From NCBI GenBank assembly GCA_963932905.1, contig CAWVRN010000003.1, positions 64,001-128,000 of the forward strand: a DNA stretch of 64,000 bases, given 5' to 3'. This DNA is from an uncultured Bdellovibrio sp. (GTDB taxonomy: Bacteria > Bdellovibrionota > Bdellovibrionia > Bdellovibrionales > Bdellovibrionaceae). Position 1 is the first letter of the stretch. Each line of letters starts with the position of its first letter. Of the stretch, positions 9,913 through 19,679 are shown in pieces. Under the pieces are notes generated by a model. The model was not told where the DNA came from and did not search any database. It worked only from the letters and a program-made list of their open reading frames with translations. A program made the position numbers and the translations under genes.

Positions 9913-11130
9913 TTATTCAATTACAAACGAACCGGCTGTTGGCTTACCTACACCGTGAAACCCACACGAAAACTTAAATTTTCCTTTTTTATCAAACGCA
10001 ATGGTTTTCTTTGCAAAACCATTTCTATCTGCCATTAGCTCAATTCCTAAATCTACAGACGTAAATTTAAACATTTTATCTGTCGCTTTTAATTTAAGAT
10101 CAGCCACTTGTCCTTGCCTCACTTCAATTTTACTTAACGAGCAAGTCCCGTCTGGTTTACCTTCTACTACTATTTCTAAATCTGCAATTCTTACTAAATC
10201 GACAATCTCTTTTCGTTGAGACTCGCCCGCAATATCAAACGCTGTTTTTCCCAGTGCATTTCTAATTTTCCTATCTGGATTACCTTCGAGAATTTGGTCC
10301 ACAACCCGACTATCCCCATTTTTTACTGCATACATTAACGCCGTGTTGCCTAGTTCATCCTGAGTATTGAAATCGGCATCAAGAGCAATAAATGTTTCAT
10401 AGACATCTGCAACACCCATTTTTGCTGCTTTAATCAACGCATTTTCTTTGTGGGCATCCAAAGTGTCTACGTAGGCTCCACTCGAGACTAGCAAATCTAA
10501 AACCTTTGGGGTTTTTGAGTAAAGTGATCGATACGAACTAGACGTATTTTGTCCGCATGTTGGTTCAACGGCAAACATCAAAGGGGTACAGCCATTTATA
10601 TCTGCCAAATTAACATTAGCTCCGCAATCAAGGGCGGTTTGTACTAAATCTAAATCCGAGGCTCTAATAGCCTTTAGTAAGAACAACTCTTTTTCGGCTT
10701 CAGTCGGGCACACGGGACGCGCAGGAAGATCCCCACTAATTTCACATTGAACGGGTTGATTAATAATTTTAGAGTCGTAGTTCATAACTACATTTTTAAC
10801 CATGCCCGTTTGATCGAGTTCGAAAGTCAAATTTCGTTTTTCAGCCAAAGAACCCTTAAATACAATTTTGTTTAGGTAGGTAGAAACAGAATCTGATAAA
10901 TCTATACCCGTATAAGAGGTGCCCGTTGAGAAAAAATATTTAATCGTTGCACGGTAGAAAGGCCCAAAGTTTTTAAAAATTCCTTTTTCGTCTTGTTTTA
11001 TTTCCACTTCGAATTTGGCATTTTCACTCGCATTTATATCATTTGTCTTACCTTCACACAATATACTCAACGAATGAGCGGATGAAATTAATACAAAAAA
11101 TATCAGAAAAAAAACTCTACTTTGTTTCAT
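9913..11130 (-). CDS. Secreted ankyrin-repeat protein with C-terminal cupredoxin-like domain
   Basis: GCTPLMFA, GNTALMYA, GKTAFDIA ankyrin repeats; C-terminal GKFKFSCGFH. Confidence 0.7.
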   Translation of the reverse strand: MKQSRVFFLIFFVLISSAHSLSILCEGKTNDINASENAKFEVEIKQDEKGIFKNFGPFYRATIKYFFSTGTSYTGIDLSDSVSTYLNKIVFKGSLAEKRNLTFELDQTGMVKNVVMNYDSKIINQPVQCEISGDLPARPVCPTEAEKELFLLKAIRASDLDLVQTALDCGANVNLADINGCTPLMFAVEPTCGQNTSSSYRSLYSKTPKVLDLLVSSGAYVDTLDAHKENALIKAAKMGVADVYETFIALDADFNTQDELGNTALMYAVKNGDSRVVDQILEGNPDRKIRNALGKTAFDIAGESQRKEIVDLVRIADLEIVVEGKPDGTCSLSKIEVRQGQVADLKLKATDKMFKFTSVDLGIELMADRNGFAKKTIAFDKKGKFKFSCGFHGVGKPTAGSFVIE

Positions 11131-11154
11131 ATAAAAACCTTTCAGAAGGAACCC

Positions 11155-11832
11155 TTAATCTTTGGCTCCATTATCAATCCATTTACGAATAATTTTCTTA
11201 GCTTCATCACTCAGAGGTGAATAGCCCTCCTTCGCAGAAGGCATTCTCTTATCGTCAGTACGTTCAAGAGCTATGATTAGACCGGATTCGTCAGCGTTTC
11301 CCGGAATAATAAGTTCTAGTGGCGAATCCAATAAAGACTGTTTATCCAATAAAATCCGCTTACCTGTTCCAGTTTCGTTGTGACAGTCTTTGCACGAAAC
11401 TTGAAAAACATTTTTATTGATCGACTCAAAGGTGGGTAACATAGGCTCAATCACTATCGGAGGCGTTCCATCTTCAGGTAGCTCTTGAGCTCCCTTTTCA
11501 AGCCAGTTCCATAAATATGACAGCTCTTCTTGCGTCAATACACCTTTTTTAGGCATCGTTTTTTCTAGAAAAACGCTCTTCTTAATCAATGCTACATTTT
11601 TTACAACTTCATTATAGCTTTCCAAATTCACGTTTCCAGATGAACCATGACAAGATACACATTTAGGTGAAAATATTTTTTGAGCTATCAAACTATAGGA
11701 TAACTGAGACAACTTTTCAGCAGGTAAAGAAAATTCCTGCTTTAAATTTTCAGGTTTTTCTTTGAGCTTTGTATAGTTACAGCTCGTAACAAAAAAAACC
11801 ATAGTGAAAAAAATAAAAATAAATTGCCTCAT
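11155..11832 (-). CDS. Di-heme c-type cytochrome lipoprotein
   Basis: Lipobox VTSC; CVSCH and CKDCH, each followed by MP...W..GA. Confidence 0.8.
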   Translation of the reverse strand: MRQFIFIFFTMVFFVTSCNYTKLKEKPENLKQEFSLPAEKLSQLSYSLIAQKIFSPKCVSCHGSSGNVNLESYNEVVKNVALIKKSVFLEKTMPKKGVLTQEELSYLWNWLEKGAQELPEDGTPPIVIEPMLPTFESINKNVFQVSCKDCHNETGTGKRILLDKQSLLDSPLELIIPGNADESGLIIALERTDDKRMPSAKEGYSPLSDEAKKIIRKWIDNGAKD

Positions 11833-11849
11833 TTATTTAGCTCTCTATC

Positions 11850-12464
11850 TTACTGAACTATTTCTGCTGATATAAATGTCCCATCCAGCTTTAAATAGAT
11901 GTTCAATTTTTCTGTTGTAGCAGAAGATGTCACTTGACCTCTGGCAACAGGTTGGCCCTTTAACACTCCTTTAGTTAGAGTAAAAGCGGTAGCTGCTTTA
12001 TCAAATAAACCAACTTTCGGATCTTTTGCATTTTCAAGGACATAGTGAAGCGCGTTTTCGGTAAGCTCTCCCGCAGACTTTTCTGTCCAACCTATATCTG
12101 GCCCTGAAACTCCATTAGGCAATAACTGAAAAGAGAGTGGTTTTCCATCATCATCAAAAGCAATATCCATCTGAACCGGATTTCCTTGGACTGGGACAGT
12201 TTGTGATACCCTTACTCTGTAATAAACAGGAGCTTGATTTTGCACAACCTCTACTTCAATTTTATCTAGTTTTTTTAAAAAAGATCCATCAATTTTATTT
12301 AAAGCGACAAGACGGTCGATTCTATGAGCAGCCAATTCAATTGCCTTCGCGCTAGTAACACCCGCTACACCACCATGAGAATACGCATTTAAACTTAATA
12401 ACACCCCAGTCATTGCTGCCATTGCTAACTTTATCATATCAGTACTCCTTTTTAATAAATACAA
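11850..12464 (-). CDS. Secreted hypothetical protein with two internal repeat-like halves
   Basis: Signal peptide ending AYS-HGG (start probably MIKLA at 12437); ELAAHRI / ENALHYV and FDDDGK / LKLDGT repeats. Confidence 0.6.
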   Translation of the reverse strand: MYLLKRSTDMIKLAMAAMTGVLLSLNAYSHGGVAGVTSAKAIELAAHRIDRLVALNKIDGSFLKKLDKIEVEVVQNQAPVYYRVRVSQTVPVQGNPVQMDIAFDDDGKPLSFQLLPNGVSGPDIGWTEKSAGELTENALHYVLENAKDPKVGLFDKAATAFTLTKGVLKGQPVARGQVTSSATTEKLNIYLKLDGTFISAEIVQ

Positions 12465-12474
12465 ACTCTATTTT

Positions 12475-12801
12475 TTAACTTTGCCCTTTCATAAGGGATA
12501 AAATTTCTTCTAACTTTTCTTCTGCGACACCGGTATCCCGACTTTTTATAGCGGCTTTTACACATTGCCTTATGTGCCCTTCCGCGATACTAAACTCCAA
12601 TCCTTTTAATGCTGAGCGAATGGACTTAATTTGAACAATTATCTCGGGACAGTATTTTCTATCTATGATCATTCGCTCAATACCATCTACCTGGCCTTTG
12701 ATTCGGCTCAATCGACGCAACTCAGCGCTATGATCATGGCCGATTTTTTTCGCAGAAGACTTATCTTTTCTCTTTTTAGTACTATTATCTAGTTCCATCA
12801 C
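12475..12801 (-). CDS. csoR: CsoR/RcnR-family metal-sensing repressor
   Basis: RLSRIKGQVDGIERMI...YC...HIRQC (Cys-His-Cys ligand set). Confidence 0.85.
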   Translation of the reverse strand: MMELDNSTKKRKDKSSAKKIGHDHSAELRRLSRIKGQVDGIERMIIDRKYCPEIIVQIKSIRSALKGLEFSIAEGHIRQCVKAAIKSRDTGVAEEKLEEILSLMKGQS

Positions 12802-12819
12802 CTATACCTACTCAGACCA

Positions 12820-12848
12820 TAGGTATAGGGGGTATACCTATTTGTCAA
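12820..12848 (-). promoter_or_regulatory. CsoR-type operator next to a TTGACA -35 element
   Basis: Perfect TAGGTATA-GGGGG-TATACCTA (12820-12840); G-tract dyad typical of CsoR/RcnR operators; TTGACA on minus at 12843-12848. Confidence 0.75.
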
Positions 12849-13011
12849 ATATTTATACAAAACTTTCTTTGTATCAAAATAAAACAACATATTTTTGTAA
12901 AACTTGTCACATTCGGACCTTCTCCCTCGTATTTATCTATTGAGTATCTTAATTTTTAATTTCAATATTTGTTTTGATAGAGTTTAAAAGTTTTACATAA
13001 AGGAGCATATC

Positions 13012-13440
13012 GTGATGATTTTAAAAACTACTAGCTTGGCAATACTCTTTCTATGCACTGAATTAGCTTTGGCGCATGGCGAAGATAAACAAGGACCTAA
13101 TGGCGGGTTCATTCGAATGCCGGGTGCTTTTCACACGGAAGTTTTACTCACCAGCCCCAATGCTCTAAAGGTATTCCTTTTAGATATAGAATGGGCGAAT
13201 CCATCAGTGAACAAATCCGATTTGCAAATTGTACACAGCAGTAAAGAAAAGGCGGATTGTAAAATTAAGGAAAATTTTTATACCTGTGTTTTTCCAAAAA
13301 GTGTAAATCTGAAAAAGAAAGGAAGTCTTAAGGTAAACGCAACCAGAGAGAGTCAAAAGGGAAATGAAGTTTCCTACCCCCTTCCGTTAAAGCTAGAAGT
13401 TGTGGATGATGGACATACCGAACATCACGGGAATCATTAA
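13012..13440 (+). CDS. Periplasmic His-containing hypothetical protein
   Basis: Signal peptide then HGEDKQGPNGG; His-rich C-terminus. Confidence 0.7.
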   Translation: MMILKTTSLAILFLCTELALAHGEDKQGPNGGFIRMPGAFHTEVLLTSPNALKVFLLDIEWANPSVNKSDLQIVHSSKEKADCKIKENFYTCVFPKSVNLKKKGSLKVNATRESQKGNEVSYPLPLKLEVVDDGHTEHHGNH

Positions 13441-13504
13441 ATAAAGAGAATTATCCACGATTACTTGTGTGCAGACGTTAAAAATTTTTTTAAGGATTTC
13501 ATAA

Positions 13505-14224
13505 ATGACTCAAATAAAAGTTCCTAGGGGAAACACCCAGAAAGGGGTGAACGAGACGGTTGTGCGTTTACTTAGCGAAAACGTTGACTTTACTGTTCCA
13601 AGTGTTTTGCTGGATATTCCGTGCGGTGCTGGTGAATTTGCTCGATATTTACAAAGTAGCTATCCACGTCTGAAAGTTGTCGGCGTTGATATAATAAAGC
13701 ACCCAGATGTAAATTTTGAATTTCACCAAATGGAAGCACATACGTATTTAAAAAATGTGAGCCCTGAAAGCTTTAATGTTATTACTTGCGTAAGTGGAAT
13801 TATGTGTTTTGATCAAATTAGGGATCTGTTTGCTTGTTTTCATGGAGCGTTGAATTCAAGTGGATTACTTATTGTAACAAATGATAACTTCATGACTGTG
13901 AGAGATAGGTTGAACTTTATTTTTTTTGGATGTTTTAAAAGATTTAAGTTAATTTATAATAACAATGAAGGAATATGGAATATTCTTCCGCCTCAAGCGC
14001 TAGCTATGCATTTAAGGAGAAATAATTTTAAGAATATTCGATTTGAATATGCATCAGTATATATGGAAGATTGGCCCTTAATTCCACTAGCGTTAATTGT
14101 TTATCCATTTTTTTTAACTTACTTGATTTTATTAAAAAGTGATCTATCAATTCGTGAACGTTTAAATTTGTTTCCCTTAAAATCGCTTATAGGCCGTCAT
14201 TATGTCGTTGTTGCACGCAAATAG
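13505..14224 (+). CDS. Class I SAM-dependent methyltransferase
   Basis: Motif I LLDIPCGAG, VGVD, GLLIVT; visibly AT-rich. Confidence 0.75.
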   Translation: MTQIKVPRGNTQKGVNETVVRLLSENVDFTVPSVLLDIPCGAGEFARYLQSSYPRLKVVGVDIIKHPDVNFEFHQMEAHTYLKNVSPESFNVITCVSGIMCFDQIRDLFACFHGALNSSGLLIVTNDNFMTVRDRLNFIFFGCFKRFKLIYNNNEGIWNILPPQALAMHLRRNNFKNIRFEYASVYMEDWPLIPLALIVYPFFLTYLILLKSDLSIRERLNLFPLKSLIGRHYVVVARK

Positions 14225-14275
14225 ACTAGAAAAAGTAGATCAGGGTCTAGCAGAACCCAACCGTCAGGAGAGACC

Positions 14276-17200
14276 ATGTTAGATAGGATTATTAAATTTT
14301 CGCTCTCGCACCGAGTTTTCGTAGTTGCGTTGGCAGCCCTAATTCTAGCCTACGGCAGTTGGACCACTATTAATCTTCCGGTCGATGTTTTCCCTGACTT
14401 AAATCGCCCGACTGTAAATATAATGACAGAAGCGCCGGGTTTGGCTCCTGAGGAAGTTGAAACTCTTGTAACTTTTCCCCTTGAGACTGCACTTAACGGT
14501 TTACCAGGAGTTGAGCGCGTACGCTCTAGTTCTGGCGTTGGTTTAAGCATTGTTTACGTAGAATTTGAATGGGGCACGGATATATTTAGGAACCGGCAGT
14601 TGGTTCAAGAAAAATTAACTTTAGCAAAAGAGAAGATACCTAAAAACATCACTCCAATAATGGGCCCGATTTCGTCAATTATGGGAGAATTCCAACTGGT
14701 CGGATTAACTTCAAAAGATCCCAAGGTTAATCCGATGGACTTACGAACGATTGCCGATTGGACAATCAGACCTCGTTTATTAAGTATCCCGGGAATTGCT
14801 CAAGTTATCTCAATCGGTGGAGGGGTAAGGCAATATCAAATCCTACTTTCTGCTGAGAAGATGCAGCGTCTTCAGCTTCCCATGGATGATATCGAGAAAA
14901 ATCTTTCAATGATTAGTTTAAATTCTACTGGTGGATTTATAAACATCGAAAGAAATGAATCTTTAATTCGAGTTCTTGGGGCCATTCGAGATAAAAAGGA
15001 AATTCAAAACTCAGTTGTCGGAATGCATCTTGGACGCCCCGTTTTAGTAAAAGAAATTGCCGAAGTAAAGGAAGCGCCTCAAGTTATGCGGGGGGATGCC
15101 AGCGTAAACGCTAAATCCGGCGTCATTATGAGTATTCAAAAACAACCCGGCGCAAGCACTATTGAATTAACTGAAGAAATTGAAAAAGCCTTAAAAGATC
15201 TGCAAAAGACGCTGCCTGCGCACGTTGAACTTAATCCCCATTTATTCAAGCAAGCAAATTTTATTGAATCTTCTGTCGGTAATGTGAAGATTGCGCTACG
15301 CGATGGTATTATTCTTGTTATCATTGTGCTTTATATTTTTCTTCTTAATTTCCGAACTACTCTAATTACGGTCACTGCAATTCCATTATCTTTTGTAGTT
15401 ACTGCGATCGTATTTAAAATCTTTGGTATGTCCGTAAACACAATGACTCTGGGGGGGCTAGCCATTGCTATCGGTGAGCTAGTAGATGATGCCATTGTCG
15501 ATGTTGAAAACGTTTTTCGGCGGTTAAGAGAGAATAAACAAAGTGCAAACCCAAAAAATTCGCTCTTAGTTATTTATAAAGCGTCAAGCGAGGTTCGTAA
15601 CTCAATCGTTATTGCAACAATTATCGTTTGTTTAGTCTTCTTACCATTATTCAGCATGGGCGGAATCGAAGGAAAACTTTTCGTTCCATTGGGAGTTTCC
15701 TACGTAATATCACTTCTGGCGTCATTAGTTGTTTCATTAACCGTCACTCCGGCTTTATGCTCTTATCTTTTAACAAAAGGGAAGCTTCTAGAGCATAGCG
15801 ACGGCCCTTTGGTTCGCTTCTTAAAAAGAATTGATACTAAGATTTTGCACAAATCTTTGAAGCACCCCTACATCATTATTGGCTTCACAGGCGCTTTGTT
15901 TTTGGCATCGGTCGCATTAGCATTCACGATGGGACGTGATTTCTTGCCGAAGTTCAACGAAGGAACGGCAACGATTTCAATGATGGCCCAGCCTGGAATT
16001 TCTTTGGAGGAATCAAATAAACTTGGCCTTCAGGCCGAGAAGTTTATCCTACAGTCTTCAGAAGTAAAAGCTGTGTCACGTCGTACGGGGCGCGCCGAAC
16101 AAGATGAACATGCTGAGGGGGTACATTCTTCTGAGATTGATGTGGATTTTAACGAAGAAGGAAGACCTCGAGAAATCGTATTAAATGAAATCCGAACAAA
16201 TCTTTCGAAAATTGAAGGCGTTGTTGTTAACGTTGGTCAGCCTATTTCCCATCGTCTTGATCATTTATTATCGGGGGTTCGAGCTCAAATTGCGATTAAA
16301 GTTTTTGGTCCTGATTTAGCAACGTTAAGAGCGTCTGCCGCCGAAATAAAAAAATCTCTTGAAGGCACCGAGGGTCTTGTGGATCTTCAAATTGAACAGC
16401 AAGTTCTGATTCCCCAAGTGAAAATTCAACTGATGCGCGAAGAGGCGGCAAAATTTGGAATCGTCGTCGGAGATTTAGCTGGACTTATGGAAAAAGCTCT
16501 TCAGGGCGAAGTTGTTGGCCAAATTCTTGAGGGTCAAAGAAACATTGACGTCTTTATGCGTTTTGATGAAAAATCCAGATCTGATCTTGAACTCATCAAG
16601 AAAACCCCGATCAAAATCCTGCCTGACGGTTCGCGTGTCACGGTTGAAAAAGTAGCCGACGTTTTTGAATCCACAGGGCCAAATATTATTAACCGAGAAA
16701 ATGCGCAGCGAAGAATTGTTGTTTTAGGTAACTCTTCGGGCAGGGATCTTGATAGTCTTGTGACTGAAGTTCAAAGTAAAATAAATAAAAACGTAAAGTT
16801 AAAAGAAGGCTATTTCGTTACCTATGGCGGCCAGTTTGAAAGCCAACAAAAAGCCGCTCGTCTTATGACATTTTTAGCTATCTTATCGCTCCTGGGAATA
16901 TTTATAGTTTTATATATGCATTTTAAATCTTCATTTATTTCCGTACAGGTCATGCTGAATATTCCCATGGCTTTCATCGGTGGGATAATTGGAATATACT
17001 TAACAGATAAAACAGTTTCTGTAGCCAGCTTAGTTGCATTTGTTACTTTATGCGGTATTTCATCAAGAAATGGAATTATGATGATTTCGCACTACTTACA
17101 TTTAATGAAATACGAAGGTGAAAAATTTAGTGAGCACATGGTGATACGTGGATCTTTAGAGCGACTCATCCCAGTGTTGATGACCGCGTTAACGGCGATC

Positions 17201-17416
17201 TTAGGTTTGATCCCCTTTGCAATGGCAGGTGGGGAACCTGGAAAAGAAATTCTTCACCCAGTTGCCGTGGTTATTGTCGGCGGTCTAATCAGCTCGACGC
17301 TTTTGGATATGTTCGTAACTCCTGCCGTGTTCTACCATTTTGGTAAAGAATCTGCAGAGAGAAGTATTAAATTAACTGATGAAACAAATATCTTTGAAGG
17401 AGAAAAAAATGTTTAA
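14276..17416 (+). CDS. CzcA/CusA-family RND efflux permease
   Basis: PVDVFPDL, GELVDDAIVDVEN, RLIPVLMT; full 1046 aa. Confidence 0.92.
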   Translation: MLDRIIKFSLSHRVFVVALAALILAYGSWTTINLPVDVFPDLNRPTVNIMTEAPGLAPEEVETLVTFPLETALNGLPGVERVRSSSGVGLSIVYVEFEWGTDIFRNRQLVQEKLTLAKEKIPKNITPIMGPISSIMGEFQLVGLTSKDPKVNPMDLRTIADWTIRPRLLSIPGIAQVISIGGGVRQYQILLSAEKMQRLQLPMDDIEKNLSMISLNSTGGFINIERNESLIRVLGAIRDKKEIQNSVVGMHLGRPVLVKEIAEVKEAPQVMRGDASVNAKSGVIMSIQKQPGASTIELTEEIEKALKDLQKTLPAHVELNPHLFKQANFIESSVGNVKIALRDGIILVIIVLYIFLLNFRTTLITVTAIPLSFVVTAIVFKIFGMSVNTMTLGGLAIAIGELVDDAIVDVENVFRRLRENKQSANPKNSLLVIYKASSEVRNSIVIATIIVCLVFLPLFSMGGIEGKLFVPLGVSYVISLLASLVVSLTVTPALCSYLLTKGKLLEHSDGPLVRFLKRIDTKILHKSLKHPYIIIGFTGALFLASVALAFTMGRDFLPKFNEGTATISMMAQPGISLEESNKLGLQAEKFILQSSEVKAVSRRTGRAEQDEHAEGVHSSEIDVDFNEEGRPREIVLNEIRTNLSKIEGVVVNVGQPISHRLDHLLSGVRAQIAIKVFGPDLATLRASAAEIKKSLEGTEGLVDLQIEQQVLIPQVKIQLMREEAAKFGIVVGDLAGLMEKALQGEVVGQILEGQRNIDVFMRFDEKSRSDLELIKKTPIKILPDGSRVTVEKVADVFESTGPNIINRENAQRRIVVLGNSSGRDLDSLVTEVQSKINKNVKLKEGYFVTYGGQFESQQKAARLMTFLAILSLLGIFIVLYMHFKSSFISVQVMLNIPMAFIGGIIGIYLTDKTVSVASLVAFVTLCGISSRNGIMMISHYLHLMKYEGEKFSEHMVIRGSLERLIPVLMTALTAILGLIPFAMAGGEPGKEILHPVAVVIVGGLISSTLLDMFVTPAVFYHFGKESAERSIKLTDETNIFEGEKNV

Positions 17417-17801
17417 AAAAATAGTATTAGCGACGGTTCTGACGGTATCTCTTAATGTTTTTGCGCACGAAGGACATGACGAAGCGCCTGGATCACTAAA
17501 AGCCAATCACGGTGGAACTGTGAAGAAAGGTAAAGATATCAATTTAGAGTACGTCGTTTCTGGATCTGAAGTGAAACTCTTTCCGCTAAGTCATGAGGGA
17601 CAAGACTTGCCTCTGGCTGAAGTGAAATTGACTGCCACAAGTAAATTGCCGAAAGGAAAAGCAGTCCCTAGTAAACTTGAAGTCAAAGACAGCGCGTATG
17701 TGACTGAGATTGATTTTAAAGAGGCTTACCGAGTTGAAATGAATGTGGACGCTAGTCACAAAGGCAAGAAAAGCAGTTTTAAATTTCAGGTCGAAAAATA
17801 A
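17409..17801 (+). CDS. Periplasmic His-containing hypothetical protein
   Basis: ATG at 17409 with GGAG RBS; signal peptide then HEGHD...NHGG. Confidence 0.7.
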   Translation: MFKKIVLATVLTVSLNVFAHEGHDEAPGSLKANHGGTVKKGKDINLEYVVSGSEVKLFPLSHEGQDLPLAEVKLTATSKLPKGKAVPSKLEVKDSAYVTEIDFKEAYRVEMNVDASHKGKKSSFKFQVEK

Positions 17802-17817
17802 ATCATAAAGGATTGTT

Positions 17818-19059
17818 ATGAAACAGGCATTATTTTTAGCTACTTTTATTTCTATTTTGATTGGTGGTTTCAATTCACACGCTATAGAAGGAATGACAAG
17901 TATAGAAGATAAGCTTTATGTAAAGAACCCTGAACTTAGTGCCCTAAAGTTACAAACTGAATCTAGTAGTGCTCTGCTAACCGCAGCTAAATCCGCATTT
18001 TACCCGACCGTAAATGCTGTAGCTGGACGAGAACAAAATAAGACGGACGAGCTGATAGCCACGGAAAAAGGCACTGTGACCTACTTAGAAGGTAAACTAA
18101 ATCTCTTTAGCGGATTTAGAGACGTTTCAATAATTAATCAAAAAGGTGTGGAGCTTGAGTCATCTAAATTGGAATACGAACTGAAGAAACGAGAGCTTCG
18201 CCTCAGGCTGACTGAAGCCTTAAGTCAAATGATCTATGTCCATAAAGTCCAAAAAATATTAGAAGAAGAATTTAAGCTAACCCAGTCGCAAAAGCAAATG
18301 GCGGCAAGAAAAGTGGCAGCTGGCCTTACAGGCGACGTCGATAATTACGAATTCGACCTTCGGGAAAATGAAATTCAAATTGAGCTCAAGCAAATCAATC
18401 AACTTCACAATGAAGCTCATGAAGCATTAAATCAAATATTCGCAGAGAACGTTACGGATAATGATCTTGCAAGCATTGATTTTAGTTCATTTGAATCTCT
18501 TTCAAAGGCTTCAGTTCAAACTAAGGCCGAAGATACAATTGAATTTAAATTGGCGGAGCTGAATCGACTTAGAGTCGAATACGAACGGTCAGTAGTTAAG
18601 TCTGAATACATGCCTTCGGTAGATTTTTCTTATATGATGGGAAGAATTACGCCGACAGAGAGCTCCTCGATGCAGTTTAATGAATCCAAGTATTCTCTCT
18701 TACTTACTATTCCATTATTTTCAGGTTTTGATACGTATTATAAATCAAAATCAGCAGCACTTCTTTTACAATCGGCTGAACAAAGAAAACTGCAGGGGCG
18801 ACTTAACGCTACGGCCGACATAAATGTTCTTCAGTCGAAAATAACTGAACTTGGGGCGCTCTATCAGCTCAATGAGAAACGTCTTACTAGCGCTCAAAAG
18901 TATTTTGAACTGACTCTTACGGAGTATAGACGAGGAATTAAAAACTCTCCCGACTTAGTCGGCGCGACAGAAAGACTTTACTCATCAAAGAAGAGAAAGT
19001 TTGATTTACTCAAAGAGCTTGAAGTTCTTTCATTGCGAGTATTAAACCTAAAGTATTAA
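17818..19059 (+). CDS. TolC-family outer membrane efflux protein
   Basis: Signal peptide; two OEP repeats (FYPTV...NLFSG; YMPSV...IPLFSG). Confidence 0.85.
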   Translation: MKQALFLATFISILIGGFNSHAIEGMTSIEDKLYVKNPELSALKLQTESSSALLTAAKSAFYPTVNAVAGREQNKTDELIATEKGTVTYLEGKLNLFSGFRDVSIINQKGVELESSKLEYELKKRELRLRLTEALSQMIYVHKVQKILEEEFKLTQSQKQMAARKVAAGLTGDVDNYEFDLRENEIQIELKQINQLHNEAHEALNQIFAENVTDNDLASIDFSSFESLSKASVQTKAEDTIEFKLAELNRLRVEYERSVVKSEYMPSVDFSYMMGRITPTESSSMQFNESKYSLLLTIPLFSGFDTYYKSKSAALLLQSAEQRKLQGRLNATADINVLQSKITELGALYQLNEKRLTSAQKYFELTLTEYRRGIKNSPDLVGATERLYSSKKRKFDLLKELEVLSLRVLNLKY

Positions 19060-19086
19060 CCTAACAATTGATTAGGAGATCAGTCT

Positions 19087-19497
19087 TTACTTTTGCTCTC
19101 GGTTTCCTAGATCGCTCAAAATTGGACAATCCGGTCTATGATCACCATGACAATTTTTAGCCAAATGCTTCAATGTATTTACCATTTCTTGTAGCTCTAA
19201 AATTTTCTGTTCCATCTCTTCGATGTGTTTAACTGCAAGATTCTTCACCTCTGAGCTTGCGCGGCTCTTGTTGCGCCACAAACTAACGAGCTTTTTGATC
19301 TCTTTCATTGAAAAGCCAAGGTTCCGCGAGCGTTTCACAAAAGAAAGTATGTGAACATCTGGCTCTGAATAGGTTCGGTAGCCCGCATCGCTGCGGCTCG
19401 CCTTGGGAATAATACCTATAGATTCGTAATGACGAATGAGTTTAGCGTTTACGCCTGAAATTTTAGCTGCCTCTCCGATGTTAACAGACTTACTCAT
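19087..19497 (-). CDS. cueR: Cu(I)-responsive MerR-family regulator
   Basis: NIGEAAK...IRHYESIG HTH; metal loop CHGDHRPDCPIL. Confidence 0.92.
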   Translation of the reverse strand: MSKSVNIGEAAKISGVNAKLIRHYESIGIIPKASRSDAGYRTYSEPDVHILSFVKRSRNLGFSMKEIKKLVSLWRNKSRASSEVKNLAVKHIEEMEQKILELQEMVNTLKHLAKNCHGDHRPDCPILSDLGNREQK

Positions 19498-19542
19498 AAG
19501 ATCCTTTCTTGAAGACTACATAGAGCCTCAAAGATAGAATCA

Positions 19543-19573
19543 AATATAAAGCTTCCCACTATGGGAAGGTCAA
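19543..19573 (-). promoter_or_regulatory. CueR-type promoter/operator facing cueR
   Basis: TTGACC-19 bp-TATATT with dyad CTTCCCA-TAG-TGGGAAG. Confidence 0.75.
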
Positions 19574-19631
19574 GAGACGTCCTAGTTTAGACTTATCTCT
19601 ACCCTAGTGCATTAGAGATTGTTTTTTTCTA

Positions 19632-19662
19632 TTGACCTTCCAATAATTGGAAGGCGCATGAT
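19632..19662 (+). promoter_or_regulatory. CueR-activated promoter of copA
   Basis: TTGACC-19 bp-CATGAT with dyad CCTTCCAAT-A-ATTGGAAGG. Confidence 0.85.
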
Positions 19663-19679
19663 GTCTTTAAGGAGAACCT

